Counted from the first letter of the stretch, positions 9,140 through 18,143 are shown. The stretch is 45,710 nucleotides of DNA from Clostridia bacterium (GCA_030536875.1 JAUNPI010000003.1:1-45710); one strand, 5' to 3'. Notes: generated by a model not told the origin, from the sequence alone. Numbers and translations: made by a program.

Positions 9140-9517
9140 TCATGGTTGGGCGTGCAGCGCTTGGCCGAGAGCATCGACAAGCTCATTGGACGGCGAATGG
9201 TTTTTCCTTTTGTATTCCATCCCCCAGTCGAACATCGCGCTGATAATGGGCTTCAGGCTCTCGCCCGTCTCCGTGAGCGTATACTCCACGCGCGGGGGAA
9301 CCTCGGGGTAGGCCTTGCGCGTCAGAAGGCCGCTTGCCTCCATATCCTTGAGGTTCGCGGTCAGCACCTTCTGGGAAATGCCCGAAAGCGACTTTTTGAG
9401 TTCGCCGAAGCGTTTGGTTCCGGTGAACAGATCCCGCAGGATGAGCACCTTCCAGCGGTCGGAAATCAGCGTCAGCGTCGTTTCCACCGGACAGAGGGGC
9501 AGCTCCTTCTTCTCCAT
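9140..9517 (-). CDS. HxlR-family transcriptional regulator
   Basis: 'CPVETTLTLISDRWKVLILRDLFTGTKRFGELKKSLSGISQKVLTANLKDMEASGLLTRKAYPEVPPRVEYTLTE' is a canonical HxlR winged helix. AGGAGG-type 'GGAGGA' precedes the ATG at 9517. Confidence 0.85.
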   Translation of the reverse strand: MEKKELPLCPVETTLTLISDRWKVLILRDLFTGTKRFGELKKSLSGISQKVLTANLKDMEASGLLTRKAYPEVPPRVEYTLTETGESLKPIISAMFDWGMEYKRKNHSPSNELVDALGQALHAQP

Positions 9518-9662
9518 CCGTAGTCCTCCTTGCATGTATACGAAGTTTTGAACAGGCTGTAAGCTGATTATAATGGCAATCAGCATGCATGTCAATTTCC
9601 TAAAAATTTTTTGGGCGTTGGATGGCGGAAAAAAGCCTTGCGGCGCAAAAAGGTTTCACAAA

Positions 9663-9683
9663 GGTAACTGTCCATTGGTTACC
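9663..9683. promoter_or_regulatory. Inverted repeat GGTAAC-N9-GTTACC in the hxlR / PNPOx-like divergent intergenic region (candidate operator)
   Basis: The 6-bp arms at 9663-9668 and 9678-9683 are perfect. The repeat lies between two divergently transcribed genes. The operator assignment is inferred from position only. Confidence 0.35.
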
Positions 9684-9812
9684 AGCCGGTGCCTATGCCA
9701 CAAAAAAGTGCGTACTTGTAAGGATTTTTTCGCTGTGCTATTCTATCGTCGCAGGCAGGAAGGGCAAGAAAAACGCAGGACCTGCAGCAAAAAAACCTTA
9801 GGAGGCATCCCC

Positions 9813-10214
9813 ATGAATGAAGTTGTGAAGTTCCTTTCCGAAAACCCCGTGCAGTATCTGGCTACGGTCGGCCGCGACGGCAAGGCCAAGTGCCGCCCCT
9901 TCATGTTCGCCGGCGAGATGGACGGTAAGCTCTGGTTCTGCACCAACAACCAGAAGGACGTGTACAAGGATCTGAAGGAGAACCCGTACACCGAGATCTC
10001 CGTTTCCAGCCCGACCTACGCGTGGATTCGCCTGAATGGCAAGGCCGTGTTTGAAAACAACATGGCGGTCAAGGAGATGTGCATGGCCAACCCCATCGTG
10101 AAGGGCCAGTATCAGACGGCGGATAACCCGATCTTCGAGGTATTCTATCTCGACGGCGCGAAGGCCGTGATCGCGGACTTCTCCGGCAACCCGCCGAGGA
10201 GCTACGCGCTTTGA
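9813..10214 (+). CDS. Pyridoxamine 5'-phosphate oxidase-like FMN-binding split-barrel protein
   Basis: 133 aa, 'VVKFLSENPVQYLATVGRDGKAKCRPFMFAGEMDGKLWFCTNNQKDVYKDLKENPYTEIS', typical of small PNPOx-like proteins. 'GGAGG' lies 7 nt before the ATG. Divergent pairing with HxlR regulators is common. Confidence 0.75.
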   Translation: MNEVVKFLSENPVQYLATVGRDGKAKCRPFMFAGEMDGKLWFCTNNQKDVYKDLKENPYTEISVSSPTYAWIRLNGKAVFENNMAVKEMCMANPIVKGQYQTADNPIFEVFYLDGAKAVIADFSGNPPRSYAL

Positions 10215-10336
10215 TATGAAGCTGTAAAGAAGAAATCGCTTCAATCAAACGGCCCAACGGCTTTAATCCATCGCTTCGCACACGGCGGCTGGGGCATGGC
10301 TGCCTGAAGGCGACCATGCCGCTTTGCCGCAAGGAT

Positions 10337-10371
10337 TGGCGCGCCGGAATCCAGCGCGCCATCCTTTCTTC
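10337..10371 (+). terminator. Putative Rho-independent terminator
   Basis: Stem TGGCGCGC (10337-10344) pairs with GCGCGCCA (10354-10361) around a 9-nt loop. A T-rich 'TCCTTTCTT' follows. Confidence 0.45.
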
Positions 10372-10400
10372 ATTACAGGCATCTTACGGAGGCGTTCGCC

Positions 10401-11045
10401 ATGACCACCACAGAAATTTTGACTATGCTGCAAAGGGACATCCACACCGCTGTCTTTGCGACTGTGGACGAACAGGGGCTTCCCCAAACCTGTGTCATCG
10501 ACCTGATGCTCGCCGATGAAAACGGGCTGTACTTCCTCACCGCGAAGGGCAAGGCGTTTTATGACCGCCTGATGGCGAGGCGGTTTGTGGCCATCAGCGG
10601 CATGAAGGGCGAGGACACGCTCAGCAGCATCGCCATCTCCGTGCGCGGGCGGGTGCGCCCGATCGGCAGGGAGCGCCTTGCGGAGATCTTTGAAAAGAAC
10701 CCCTATATGGCGAAGATCTATTCCACGGAAAAGAGCCGGGAGGCGCTCGTCGTGTTTCACCTTGATCAGGGGGAAGGGGAGTATTTCGATCTCTCCCAGC
10801 TTCCGCCTTTCCGCCAGAGCTTTGGCTTCGGCGGCGGGAATGCGCAGCAGAGCGGGTATCGCATCCGGGTGGAGAAGTGCATCGGTTGTCAGGGATGCCT
10901 GAGCGTTTGCCCGACGGGCTGCATCAGCCGGACGGTTCCCCGCGTCATCGACGAGAGCCATTGCCTGCACTGCGGCAACTGCCTGAATATTTGCCCGGTT
11001 GGCGCGGTGGAAAGGCACACGGGGGAGCAAGGGGAAAACCGGTAA
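10401..11045 (+). CDS. PNPOx-like flavoprotein fused to a 2x[4Fe-4S] ferredoxin domain
   Basis: The N-terminal split-barrel-like region is 'LQRDIHTAVFATVDEQGLPQTCVIDLMLADENGLYFLTAKG'. The C-terminal cluster motifs are 'CIGCQGCLSVCP' and 'CLHCGNCLNICP'. Confidence 0.8.
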   Translation: MTTTEILTMLQRDIHTAVFATVDEQGLPQTCVIDLMLADENGLYFLTAKGKAFYDRLMARRFVAISGMKGEDTLSSIAISVRGRVRPIGRERLAEIFEKNPYMAKIYSTEKSREALVVFHLDQGEGEYFDLSQLPPFRQSFGFGGGNAQQSGYRIRVEKCIGCQGCLSVCPTGCISRTVPRVIDESHCLHCGNCLNICPVGAVERHTGEQGENR

Positions 11046-11103
11046 GCGGGCGGCCGGCGCAGACCGGCCGTTGAATCGACGAGGAATGGAGAGGGGAGTT
11101 CAC

Positions 11104-11895
11104 ATGAATCAGGCTGAGCGCAGAGCCTATTTGATTCGGGCGCTGCTCGCCGAGCAGCCGGGCAGATACGCGGGCATGACGGTTCCCGCAGATATGGCCG
11201 GGCAGCGCAGGCTGCTGCGGGGGCTGATGAACGTGCGCCCGCCATTGAGCGCGCCGCCTGAATTTTTGCAGGCGCAGGATGCGTATCTGCAGGAGGAGCT
11301 TGCGCGCAAGGGAATCACGGACGCGGATGCGATCGAGGAACTGCAAGAGGGCGTCTGCCTTTGGAGAGGCGACATCACGACGCTGAAATGCGACGCGATT
11401 GTCAACGCGGCCAACAGCGCGCTGCTGGGCTGCTTCTGCCCGAATCACGGCTGTATCGACAATGCGATCCATACGTATGCCGGGATTCAGCTTCGATCGG
11501 CGTGCGAGGAGATCATGGAGCGCCAAGGGCATGAGGAGCCGACGGGCGGATGCAAGATCACGCCCGCGTTCAATCTGCCCAGCCGCTATGTGCTCCATAC
11601 CGTGGGGCCGATCGTCAGGGAACATGTGACCGCTCAGGATCGGGAGGACTTGGCGTCCTGCTATCGGGCCTGTCTCGACCTTGCGGATCGAGAAGGGCTG
11701 CGAAGCGTGGCGTTTTGCTGCATTTCCACCGGGGAATTCCGCTTTCCCAACGAACAGGCGGCGCGCATCGCCGTCAAGACCGTCTGCGAACACGAGGCTG
11801 TTCGACAAAAAAGAATCAGGGTGATCTTCAATGTTTTCAAAGAGCAGGACGAAGCCGTCTACCGCCGAATCCTTACGGCAGATCGAGAGGCTTAA
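11104..11895 (+). CDS. Macrodomain protein of the protein-ADP-ribose hydrolase type (the type found next to SirTM sirtuins)
   Basis: The macro core is 'LWRGDITTLKCDAIVNAANSALLGCF...NHGCIDNAIH' plus 'CCISTGEFRFP'. An N-terminal helical extension of about 70 aa precedes it. 'GGAGAGGGGAG' lies upstream of the ATG at 11104. Confidence 0.85.
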   Translation: MNQAERRAYLIRALLAEQPGRYAGMTVPADMAGQRRLLRGLMNVRPPLSAPPEFLQAQDAYLQEELARKGITDADAIEELQEGVCLWRGDITTLKCDAIVNAANSALLGCFCPNHGCIDNAIHTYAGIQLRSACEEIMERQGHEEPTGGCKITPAFNLPSRYVLHTVGPIVREHVTAQDREDLASCYRACLDLADREGLRSVAFCCISTGEFRFPNEQAARIAVKTVCEHEAVRQKRIRVIFNVFKEQDEAVYRRILTADREA

Positions 11896-12697
11896 GGACA
11901 GACTGGAAAAGGCGGACGCGGTCTTGGTCGGCGCGGGCGCAGGTCTTTCCACGTCGGCGGGGCTCACCTATTCCGGCGAGCGCTTTCAAAAGACCTTTTC
12001 CGACTTTGCGCAGAAGTACGGCATCAAAGACATGTATTCCGGAGGCTTTTATCCCTTCGACACGCTGGAGGAATACTGGGCGTGGTGGAGCCGGCAAATC
12101 CTTGTCAACCGCTACGACGTGCCTGTGGGGAAGCCCTATCTCGACCTGCTTGAGCTGCTTCGGGGCAAGGACTATTTTGTCTTGACCACGAATGTGGATC
12201 ACCAGTTCCAGCGGGCGGGCTTTGACAAAAAAAGATTGTTTTATACGCAGGGGGATTACGGCCTGTGGCAGTGCTCAAGGGCCTGCCACGACAAGACCTA
12301 TGACAACGAAGAGCCGGCTTATCGGATGGTGAAGAGCCAGAAGGACATGAAAATCCCCGGCGAGCTCGTGCCGCGCTGCCCCGTATGCGGCGCGCCGATG
12401 ACCATGAACCTGCGCTGCGACGACCTGTTTGTTCAGGACGAGGGCTGGTATGCGGCGCAATCGCGCTATGACGACTTTGTCCGCAGGCATGAGAAGATGA
12501 ATACCGTATATCTGGAGTTGGGCGTGGGGCTCAACACACCCGGCATCATCAAACTGCCCTTCTGGCAGATGACCATGCGCAACCCCCGCGCGACCTATGC
12601 GTGCATCAACATGGGGGAGGCCTATGCGCCGGAGGAAATCAGAGACCGCTCCATCTGTATGGATGGAGATATTGGGGAGATATTCGAACTGTTATAA
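11831..12697 (+). CDS. SIR2-family protein, class-M (SirTM)-like
   Basis: 'AVLVGAGAGLSTSAGL' is the NAD-binding motif, followed by 'VLTTNVDHQF' and a Zn ribbon including 'CPVCG'. The gene overlaps the preceding macrodomain gene by 65 nt. Class assignment comes from motif resemblance and the macrodomain linkage. Confidence 0.8.
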   Translation: MFSKSRTKPSTAESLRQIERLKDRLEKADAVLVGAGAGLSTSAGLTYSGERFQKTFSDFAQKYGIKDMYSGGFYPFDTLEEYWAWWSRQILVNRYDVPVGKPYLDLLELLRGKDYFVLTTNVDHQFQRAGFDKKRLFYTQGDYGLWQCSRACHDKTYDNEEPAYRMVKSQKDMKIPGELVPRCPVCGAPMTMNLRCDDLFVQDEGWYAAQSRYDDFVRRHEKMNTVYLELGVGLNTPGIIKLPFWQMTMRNPRATYACINMGEAYAPEEIRDRSICMDGDIGEIFELL

Positions 12698-12750
12698 TGC
12701 ATCATATACAATTAACATAACACTCCGGACATGACGAAGTTTCCTTTTTC

Positions 12751-13572
12751 TCAGCCATGAATTTGACGGCATGGCTTGCGGGCAATATAAAAGGTGACGT
12801 TTGCCTCGCTGTCTGTTATGGGAATCGACACCCGCCCATACTCCGCCGCCCGGCGGTTTGCGTTGTCATAATCCGTGGTAAAGCAGGGAAGAGAAGAGGA
12901 TCGAACGAGCTCCTGAAAGGTAAAATCGTCCGCCTGCACCAGAAATTTTGAAGCGGGCATTTTTTGCCGGCAGAGCATGTCCCAAAAGCCCAATTCCGTG
13001 CGCAGCAGAAAGTTGAAGCCGTTGATCTCCGCGAAAGTCACCTCACGGCAGCCTGAGAGCGCATGCTCGGGCGGAACGCAGATATACAGGTGCTCTTCCA
13101 TCCATTTTTCCGTCTTGCCCTTTCCGGCGGAGATGGGAAAGGGCAGAATGACCACGTCGCAGTCGCCGTTTTCCCATGCGGACAGCGCCTCTTCGTTTTG
13201 GCAGATGCTGGAGGAGACTGTGAGACCGGGATGGCTTTCGCTCAGCCTTTTCATCAGCTTCCACAGGGGGGCCGGAGCGCAGGATTTGACCACAAGGCTT
13301 TTTCGCCTCGCGTCGAGCGCCCGAATCCGGCGAACCGCTTCTTCCGCTTCCTGAAGGAGCTTTCCGGCCAGTTCCACGGCGGCCTGGCCGTTTTCGTTCA
13401 ACTCGATTTTGTTTTTGCTGCGGGTAAACAGAGGAACGCCGAAGCTGTCCTCCAGATTTTGCATGGCGCGCGTCACGGACGGTGTGGAAATGTGGAATGC
13501 TTCGGCTACCCGGGACAGCGTCCCCAGCTCGGCAAAAGCTGTCAACTGTTCCAACTCGTACAGATCCAACAT
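12751..13572 (-). CDS. LysR-family transcriptional regulator
   Basis: The N-terminal HTH is 'LEQLTAFAELGTLSRVAEAFHISTPSVTRAMQNLEDSFGVPLFTR'. 'GAGGGAGG' precedes the ATG at 13572. The gene is divergent from the aldo/keto reductase gene. Confidence 0.85.
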   Translation of the reverse strand: MLDLYELEQLTAFAELGTLSRVAEAFHISTPSVTRAMQNLEDSFGVPLFTRSKNKIELNENGQAAVELAGKLLQEAEEAVRRIRALDARRKSLVVKSCAPAPLWKLMKRLSESHPGLTVSSSICQNEEALSAWENGDCDVVILPFPISAGKGKTEKWMEEHLYICVPPEHALSGCREVTFAEINGFNFLLRTELGFWDMLCRQKMPASKFLVQADDFTFQELVRSSSLPCFTTDYDNANRRAAEYGRVSIPITDSEANVTFYIARKPCRQIHG

Positions 13573-13706
13573 AGGCTGGCCTCCCTCAGTGCGTTTCATA
13601 TTTTGAAAACCGGATTGCGATATCGATAGTGTACATCCGATTGAAAATGATGTAAAGTAGGAGATGGACATCGGATCCATATTTCAAAAAGCAGGAGGAT
13701 ACGGAG

Positions 13707-14546
13707 ATGGAATATGTAACGCTGAACAATGGCATCAAAATGCCGAAGCTTGGCTACGGCGTCTATCAGACCCCGCCCGAGGACACCAAGCGCTGTGTGC
13801 TGGACGCGGTTGAGGTGGGCTATCGCAGCATAGACACCGCTCAGGCCTATGGCAACGAGGAGGGCGTGGGCGCAGCCCTGCGGGAAAGCGGCTTGCCCCG
13901 GGAGGAATTCTTCCTGACCACCAAGGTGTGGATCACCAACGCCGGATATGAGAAGGCGAAACAGTCTATTGAGGAATCCCTTCAAAAGCTGCGAACGGAC
14001 TATCTGGATTTGCTGCTGATCCACCAGCCCTTCGGCGATTATTACGGAACATGGCGCGCGATGGAAGAGCTTTATGAGGCCGGAAAGCTGCGCGCGATCG
14101 GCGTATCCAATTTCGGCCCGGACCGTTACCTGGATTTGCAGCACTTTGCTAAGGTCAAGCCCGCCGTCAACCAGATCGAGACGCATGTGTTCCAGCAGCA
14201 GAAGGTTTCCAGAGCATATCTGAAAAAATACGGCTGCCAGATTGAGTCGTGGGGGCCTTTCGCCGAAGGACGCAAGGACATGTTCACCAATCCGGTGCTC
14301 GTGCAGGTCGGCGCGAAATACGGCAAGACCGCGGCGCAGACTGCCCTGCGCTTTCTGCTCCAGAGCGATGTGGTGGTCATTCCCAAATCCGTTCACAAGG
14401 AGCGGATGCAGCAGAACTTTGAACTCTTTGACTTTGAGCTGACAGCGGAGGACATGGCCCTCATCGAGACGCTGGACGGAGGGGAAAGCCTGTTTTTCTC
14501 CCACTATGATCCCCAGACGGTGGAATGGTTTATGTCGATCCTGTGA
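13707..14546 (+). CDS. Aldo/keto reductase (2,5-diketo-D-gluconate reductase-like subgroup)
   Basis: 'GYGVYQ', 'SIDTAQAYGNEEGVG', 'FLTTKVW' and 'LDLLLIHQP' match the AKR catalytic tetrad context (D, Y, K, H). The length is 279 aa. Confidence 0.9.
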   Translation: MEYVTLNNGIKMPKLGYGVYQTPPEDTKRCVLDAVEVGYRSIDTAQAYGNEEGVGAALRESGLPREEFFLTTKVWITNAGYEKAKQSIEESLQKLRTDYLDLLLIHQPFGDYYGTWRAMEELYEAGKLRAIGVSNFGPDRYLDLQHFAKVKPAVNQIETHVFQQQKVSRAYLKKYGCQIESWGPFAEGRKDMFTNPVLVQVGAKYGKTAAQTALRFLLQSDVVVIPKSVHKERMQQNFELFDFELTAEDMALIETLDGGESLFFSHYDPQTVEWFMSIL

Positions 14547-14582
14547 GGAGTTTTAGCCGGTCATCAAAAAAACAACCTTTTC

Positions 14583-14618
14583 CGGTCAACAGCGCGACAG
14601 GCTGTTGGCCGCTTTTTT
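14583..14618 (+). terminator. Rho-independent terminator after the AKR gene
   Basis: Stem CGGTCAACAGC (14583-14593) pairs with GCTGTTGGCCG (14601-14611) with one G-U pair. It is followed by CTTTTTT. Confidence 0.7.
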
Positions 14619-14640
14619 GATGGGGCCAAACGAAACGGGG

Positions 14641-14665
14641 CGTCTGAAGCGTTCAGGCGTTTTTT
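14641..14665 (+). terminator. Second small hairpin plus T-run (tandem terminator)
   Basis: CGTCTGAA (14641-14648) pairs with TTCAGGCG (14652-14659) with one G-U pair and a 3-nt loop. TTTTTT follows at 14660-14665. Confidence 0.45.
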
Positions 14666-14670
14666 ATTCC

Positions 14671-14700
14671 TTGACAAAAGAGGATAGACTATGCTAATAT
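14671..14700 (+). promoter_or_regulatory. Sigma-A-type promoter for the ABC exporter operon
   Basis: The -35 is TTGACA (14671-14676). An extended -10, TGcTAATAT (14692-14700), follows. The promoter lies about 50 nt upstream of the ATG at 14752. Confidence 0.55.
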
Positions 14701-14751
14701 ACTTAAATTAGCGAGAGCTAACAAAAGGAGATCGAGGGGAACGCAAAAAAG

Positions 14752-16488
14752 ATGATGATCAACAAGAGGCTGATCGGCACGGTCAGCGAAAGCAAGGCGT
14801 ATATTGCGGGCAATGTCGCCCTGCAATGGGTGTCTCTTGCGGCGAACATCGCGATGATCGGGGCGGTGTGCCGTCTCATGGAGCGGCTGTATCAGAACTG
14901 CGCTTCGTCCGGCGATATGCTCTTGACGGCGGGCGTTGCGCTCTTGGCCGTCGTCATTCGGTTTGGCTGCCAAATCGGCGCAACGCGAATGGGATATCTT
15001 TCCAGCAAGGCGGTCAAAAAGAAGCTGCGCGAGATGATTTACGGCAAGCTGCTTCGGCTGGGAAGCGCCTATAAGGAAAAGGCCCAGACCAGCGAGGTGG
15101 TTCAGGTGGCTGTGGAGGGCGTCGACCAGCTGGAGACCTACTTCGGCGCATATCTTCCGCAGTTTTTTTACGCCATGCTGGCTCCGCTTACGCTGTTTCT
15201 GGTTTTGTGCTTTGTGAATGTGCCCTCGGCCGTGGTGCTGCTGGTCTGCGTGCCGATGATTCCCATCGCCATCGCGGCCGTGCAGACATGGGCCAAGAAG
15301 CTTTTATCCAAATACTGGGGGCAGTATACCGCCCTTGGAGATACCTTCTTGGAGAACCTTCAGGGTCTCACCACGCTCAAGATCTATCAGGCGGACGCGT
15401 TTAAGCATCAGGAGATGAACGAGGCCTCCGAAAACTTCCGCCGGATCACCATGAAGGTGCTGACCATGCAGCTCAATTCCATCACCATCATGGATCTGGT
15501 GGCCTATGGCGGGGCCGCTGCGGGCATGATTCTGGCCGTCACCCAATTGAAGGCGGGCCATGTGGGGGTGGGAGGCTGTCTGTTGATCATCCTGCTGGCC
15601 GCGGATTTCTTCATTCCCATGCGTCAGCTGGGCAGCTTCTTCCATATCGCGATGAACGGCATGGCCGCCTCCGATAAGATCTTTCGCCTGCTGGATTTGC
15701 CCGAGGAGAAATCGGGGACGCGGGCGGCGCCGGAGGATTGCTCGATCCGCTGCGAAGACCTGAGCTTCGCCTATGAGGCGGGTCGTCCGGTGCTCGAAGG
15801 CGTGAATCTGTATGTCCCGCGCGGCAGCTTTACCGCGATCGTCGGGGAGAGCGGCTGCGGCAAATCCACGGTTGCGTCGATCCTGATGGGGAGAAACAGG
15901 GGATATTCCGGCGTCGTCACGGTCGGCGGCGTCCCCCTTGGCGACCTTTCGGAGGAGAGCCTGCTCAAGAGCCTGACGTATGTCAGCCATCAGAGCTATC
16001 TGTTTAAGGGAACCGTCAGGGAGAACCTGCTGATGGGCCGCCCCGACGCCGGGGAGGACGCCATGTGGCGGGCGCTGGAGCAGGTCAGGCTTGCGGACTT
16101 TTTGCGCGGCGAACAGGGGCTGGATACGCGCCTTGCGGAGAAGGCCTCCAATCTGTCCGGCGGTCAGTGCCAGCGGCTTGCGCTGGCCCGGGCGCTGCTC
16201 CACGACAGCCCGGTCTATATCTTCGACGAGGCGACCTCCAACATCGATGTGGAGAGCGAAAACGACATCATGGCGCAGATCCACAGGCTGGCCAAGACCA
16301 AGACGGTCATCCTCATCTCTCACAGGCTGGCCAATGTGATGGACGCGGATCATATCGACGTGATGGACGGCGGCAGAATCGTGGAAAGCGGCAGGCATGA
16401 AGAGCTGCTGAGGATGGGCGGGCATTACGCCGCGCTTTGGAACGCGCAGCAAGCCCTTGAAAACTACGGAATGGAGAGCATGTCATGA
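14752..16488 (+). CDS. cydD: ABC exporter permease/ATPase fusion, CydD-like (thiol-reductant exporter subunit type)
   Basis: A six-TM domain is followed by an NBD with 'GESGCGKST', 'LSGGQCQRLALARAL' and 'VYIFDEATS'. It pairs with the next gene through a 4-nt ATGA overlap. The CydD/CydC subtype comes from overall resemblance and is less certain than the ABC call. Confidence 0.7.
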   Translation: MMINKRLIGTVSESKAYIAGNVALQWVSLAANIAMIGAVCRLMERLYQNCASSGDMLLTAGVALLAVVIRFGCQIGATRMGYLSSKAVKKKLREMIYGKLLRLGSAYKEKAQTSEVVQVAVEGVDQLETYFGAYLPQFFYAMLAPLTLFLVLCFVNVPSAVVLLVCVPMIPIAIAAVQTWAKKLLSKYWGQYTALGDTFLENLQGLTTLKIYQADAFKHQEMNEASENFRRITMKVLTMQLNSITIMDLVAYGGAAAGMILAVTQLKAGHVGVGGCLLIILLAADFFIPMRQLGSFFHIAMNGMAASDKIFRLLDLPEEKSGTRAAPEDCSIRCEDLSFAYEAGRPVLEGVNLYVPRGSFTAIVGESGCGKSTVASILMGRNRGYSGVVTVGGVPLGDLSEESLLKSLTYVSHQSYLFKGTVRENLLMGRPDAGEDAMWRALEQVRLADFLRGEQGLDTRLAEKASNLSGGQCQRLALARALLHDSPVYIFDEATSNIDVESENDIMAQIHRLAKTKTVILISHRLANVMDADHIDVMDGGRIVESGRHEELLRMGGHYAALWNAQQALENYGMESMS

Positions 16489-18143
16489 AGAAACGAAGCG
16501 GTTTGACGGTGATGCTGCGGCTCATCGGGCTGGTGAAGCCTCTGGTCGGGTTCATGATTCTCGCCGTCGCGATGGGGTTGGCGGGCCATCTGTGCGCCTC
16601 CATGATCACCGTCTTTGGGGGATACGGCGTGCTGAACGTGCTGGGGAGGCCCACGCCGTTAGGGCTTCCCGCGCTGTTTCTATGCGCCGCGCTGTTCGCG
16701 GTGCTTCGGGCCGCCCTGCGCTACGGCGAGCAGGCGTGCAACCACTTTATCGCCTTTAAGCTGCTGGCGCTGATCCGGGATCGGGTCTTTCAGGCGCTGA
16801 GGAAGCTGGCGCCCGCCAAATTGGAGGGAAAGGATAAGGGCAACCTGATTTCCGTCATCACCTCGGACATTGAGCTGTTAGAGGTGTTTTATGCGCACAC
16901 CATATCGCCTGCGGCGATCGCGATCGTGTTTTCCGCGATCCTGTGTCTGTTCATCGGGCGGATTCATGCGCTGCTGGGGCTGATCGCTTTGGCGGCGTAT
17001 CTGGCGGTCGGCGCGGCCATTCCGCTGATCACCTCCAGAGCCAGCGGCGACGACGGCATCAAGTTCCGCACAAAGTCCGGAGATTTGAGCAGCTTTGTGC
17101 TCGACAGCCTGAGAGGGCTCTCCGAAACGCTGCAATACGGCCGTGGGAAAGCGCGGCTGGAGGAAATGAACCGGCGCACGGATGAGCTGGCCGCCGACGA
17201 AGAGAGGATGAAGAGGACGGCGGGCAGGAACATCGCGTGTACCAATACCGTCATCCTCTTCTTTGACCTGTGCATGCTCTTTGCCTCCGCCGCGCTGTAT
17301 CGGAGAGGAGCCATTGAATGGGATGGCGTCCTGATCTCGACCATCGCCATGATGAGCTCGTTCGGCCCCTGCGTGGCCCTTGCCAATCTGGGCAGCACGC
17401 TGCAGAATACGTTCGCCGCAGGAAACCGCGTGCTCGATATTCTGGAGGAAACGCCCGCCGTTGCGGAGATCGCCGGCTGCCCGGAAATCGCGTTTGCCGG
17501 CGCAAAGGCCGAGCATGTCACCTTTGCCTATGACGGCGAAACCGTGCTCAGCGATCTGACGGTGGAGATTCCGGAAAACCGGGTGATCGGCATTGTGGGC
17601 CGCAGCGGAAGCGGCAAATCGACCCTGCTCAAGCTGCTGATGCGCTTCTGGGAGGTGCAGCAGGGCTGCATCTCCATATCCGGCCGGAAGATCGATACAA
17701 TCAATACCGACAATCTCCGGAACATGGAGAGCTTTGTGACCCAAGAGACCCATCTGTTTCACGACTCGATTCGCAATAACATCCGCATCGCCAAGCTGGA
17801 CGCGACCGAGGAAGAGATGATCGCCGCCTGCAGGAAGGCTTCCGTCCACGACTTCATCATGTCGCTGCCCAAGGGCTACGATACGCCTGTGGGCGAGCTG
17901 GGCGATACGCTCTCCGGCGGGGAGAGACAGCGAATCGGCCTTGCAAGAGCCTTTCTCCACGATGCGCCGCTCATGCTCATGGACGAGCCCACCAGCAACC
18001 TAGACAGCCTGAACGAGGCGGTGATTCTCCAATCGCTTCATCGCCAGCGCGAGAACAGAACCGTGATTCTCGTCTCCCACAGGCAATCCACCATGCGCAT
18101 CGCGGACAAGGTCTATTCGGTGGAGCACGGGAGGATGAGCTGA
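16485..18143 (+). CDS. cydC: ABC exporter permease/ATPase fusion, CydC-like
   Basis: A TM domain is followed by an NBD with 'GRSGSGKSTL', 'LSGGERQRIGLARAF' and 'LMLMDEPTS'. It is translationally coupled to the upstream partner. Confidence 0.7.
   Translation: MKKRSGLTVMLRLIGLVKPLVGFMILAVAMGLAGHLCASMITVFGGYGVLNVLGRPTPLGLPALFLCAALFAVLRAALRYGEQACNHFIAFKLLALIRDRVFQALRKLAPAKLEGKDKGNLISVITSDIELLEVFYAHTISPAAIAIVFSAILCLFIGRIHALLGLIALAAYLAVGAAIPLITSRASGDDGIKFRTKSGDLSSFVLDSLRGLSETLQYGRGKARLEEMNRRTDELAADEERMKRTAGRNIACTNTVILFFDLCMLFASAALYRRGAIEWDGVLISTIAMMSSFGPCVALANLGSTLQNTFAAGNRVLDILEETPAVAEIAGCPEIAFAGAKAEHVTFAYDGETVLSDLTVEIPENRVIGIVGRSGSGKSTLLKLLMRFWEVQQGCISISGRKIDTINTDNLRNMESFVTQETHLFHDSIRNNIRIAKLDATEEEMIAACRKASVHDFIMSLPKGYDTPVGELGDTLSGGERQRIGLARAFLHDAPLMLMDEPTSNLDSLNEAVILQSLHRQRENRTVILVSHRQSTMRIADKVYSVEHGRMS

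Noticed and set aside
15304-16452. 382-aa minus-strand ORF. Similar long antisense ORFs occur at 1792-2829, 7645-8457, 10263-11030, 10945-11967, 13596-14504, 16878-17960, 18680-19705 (+), 20440-21054, 26141-27277, 27114-27995 and 29142-29933.
   Set aside because: Each lies opposite a gene with strong family motifs. Their translations are Arg/Pro/Gly/His-rich, which is typical of GC-rich antisense frames. None has a convincing ribosome-binding site.
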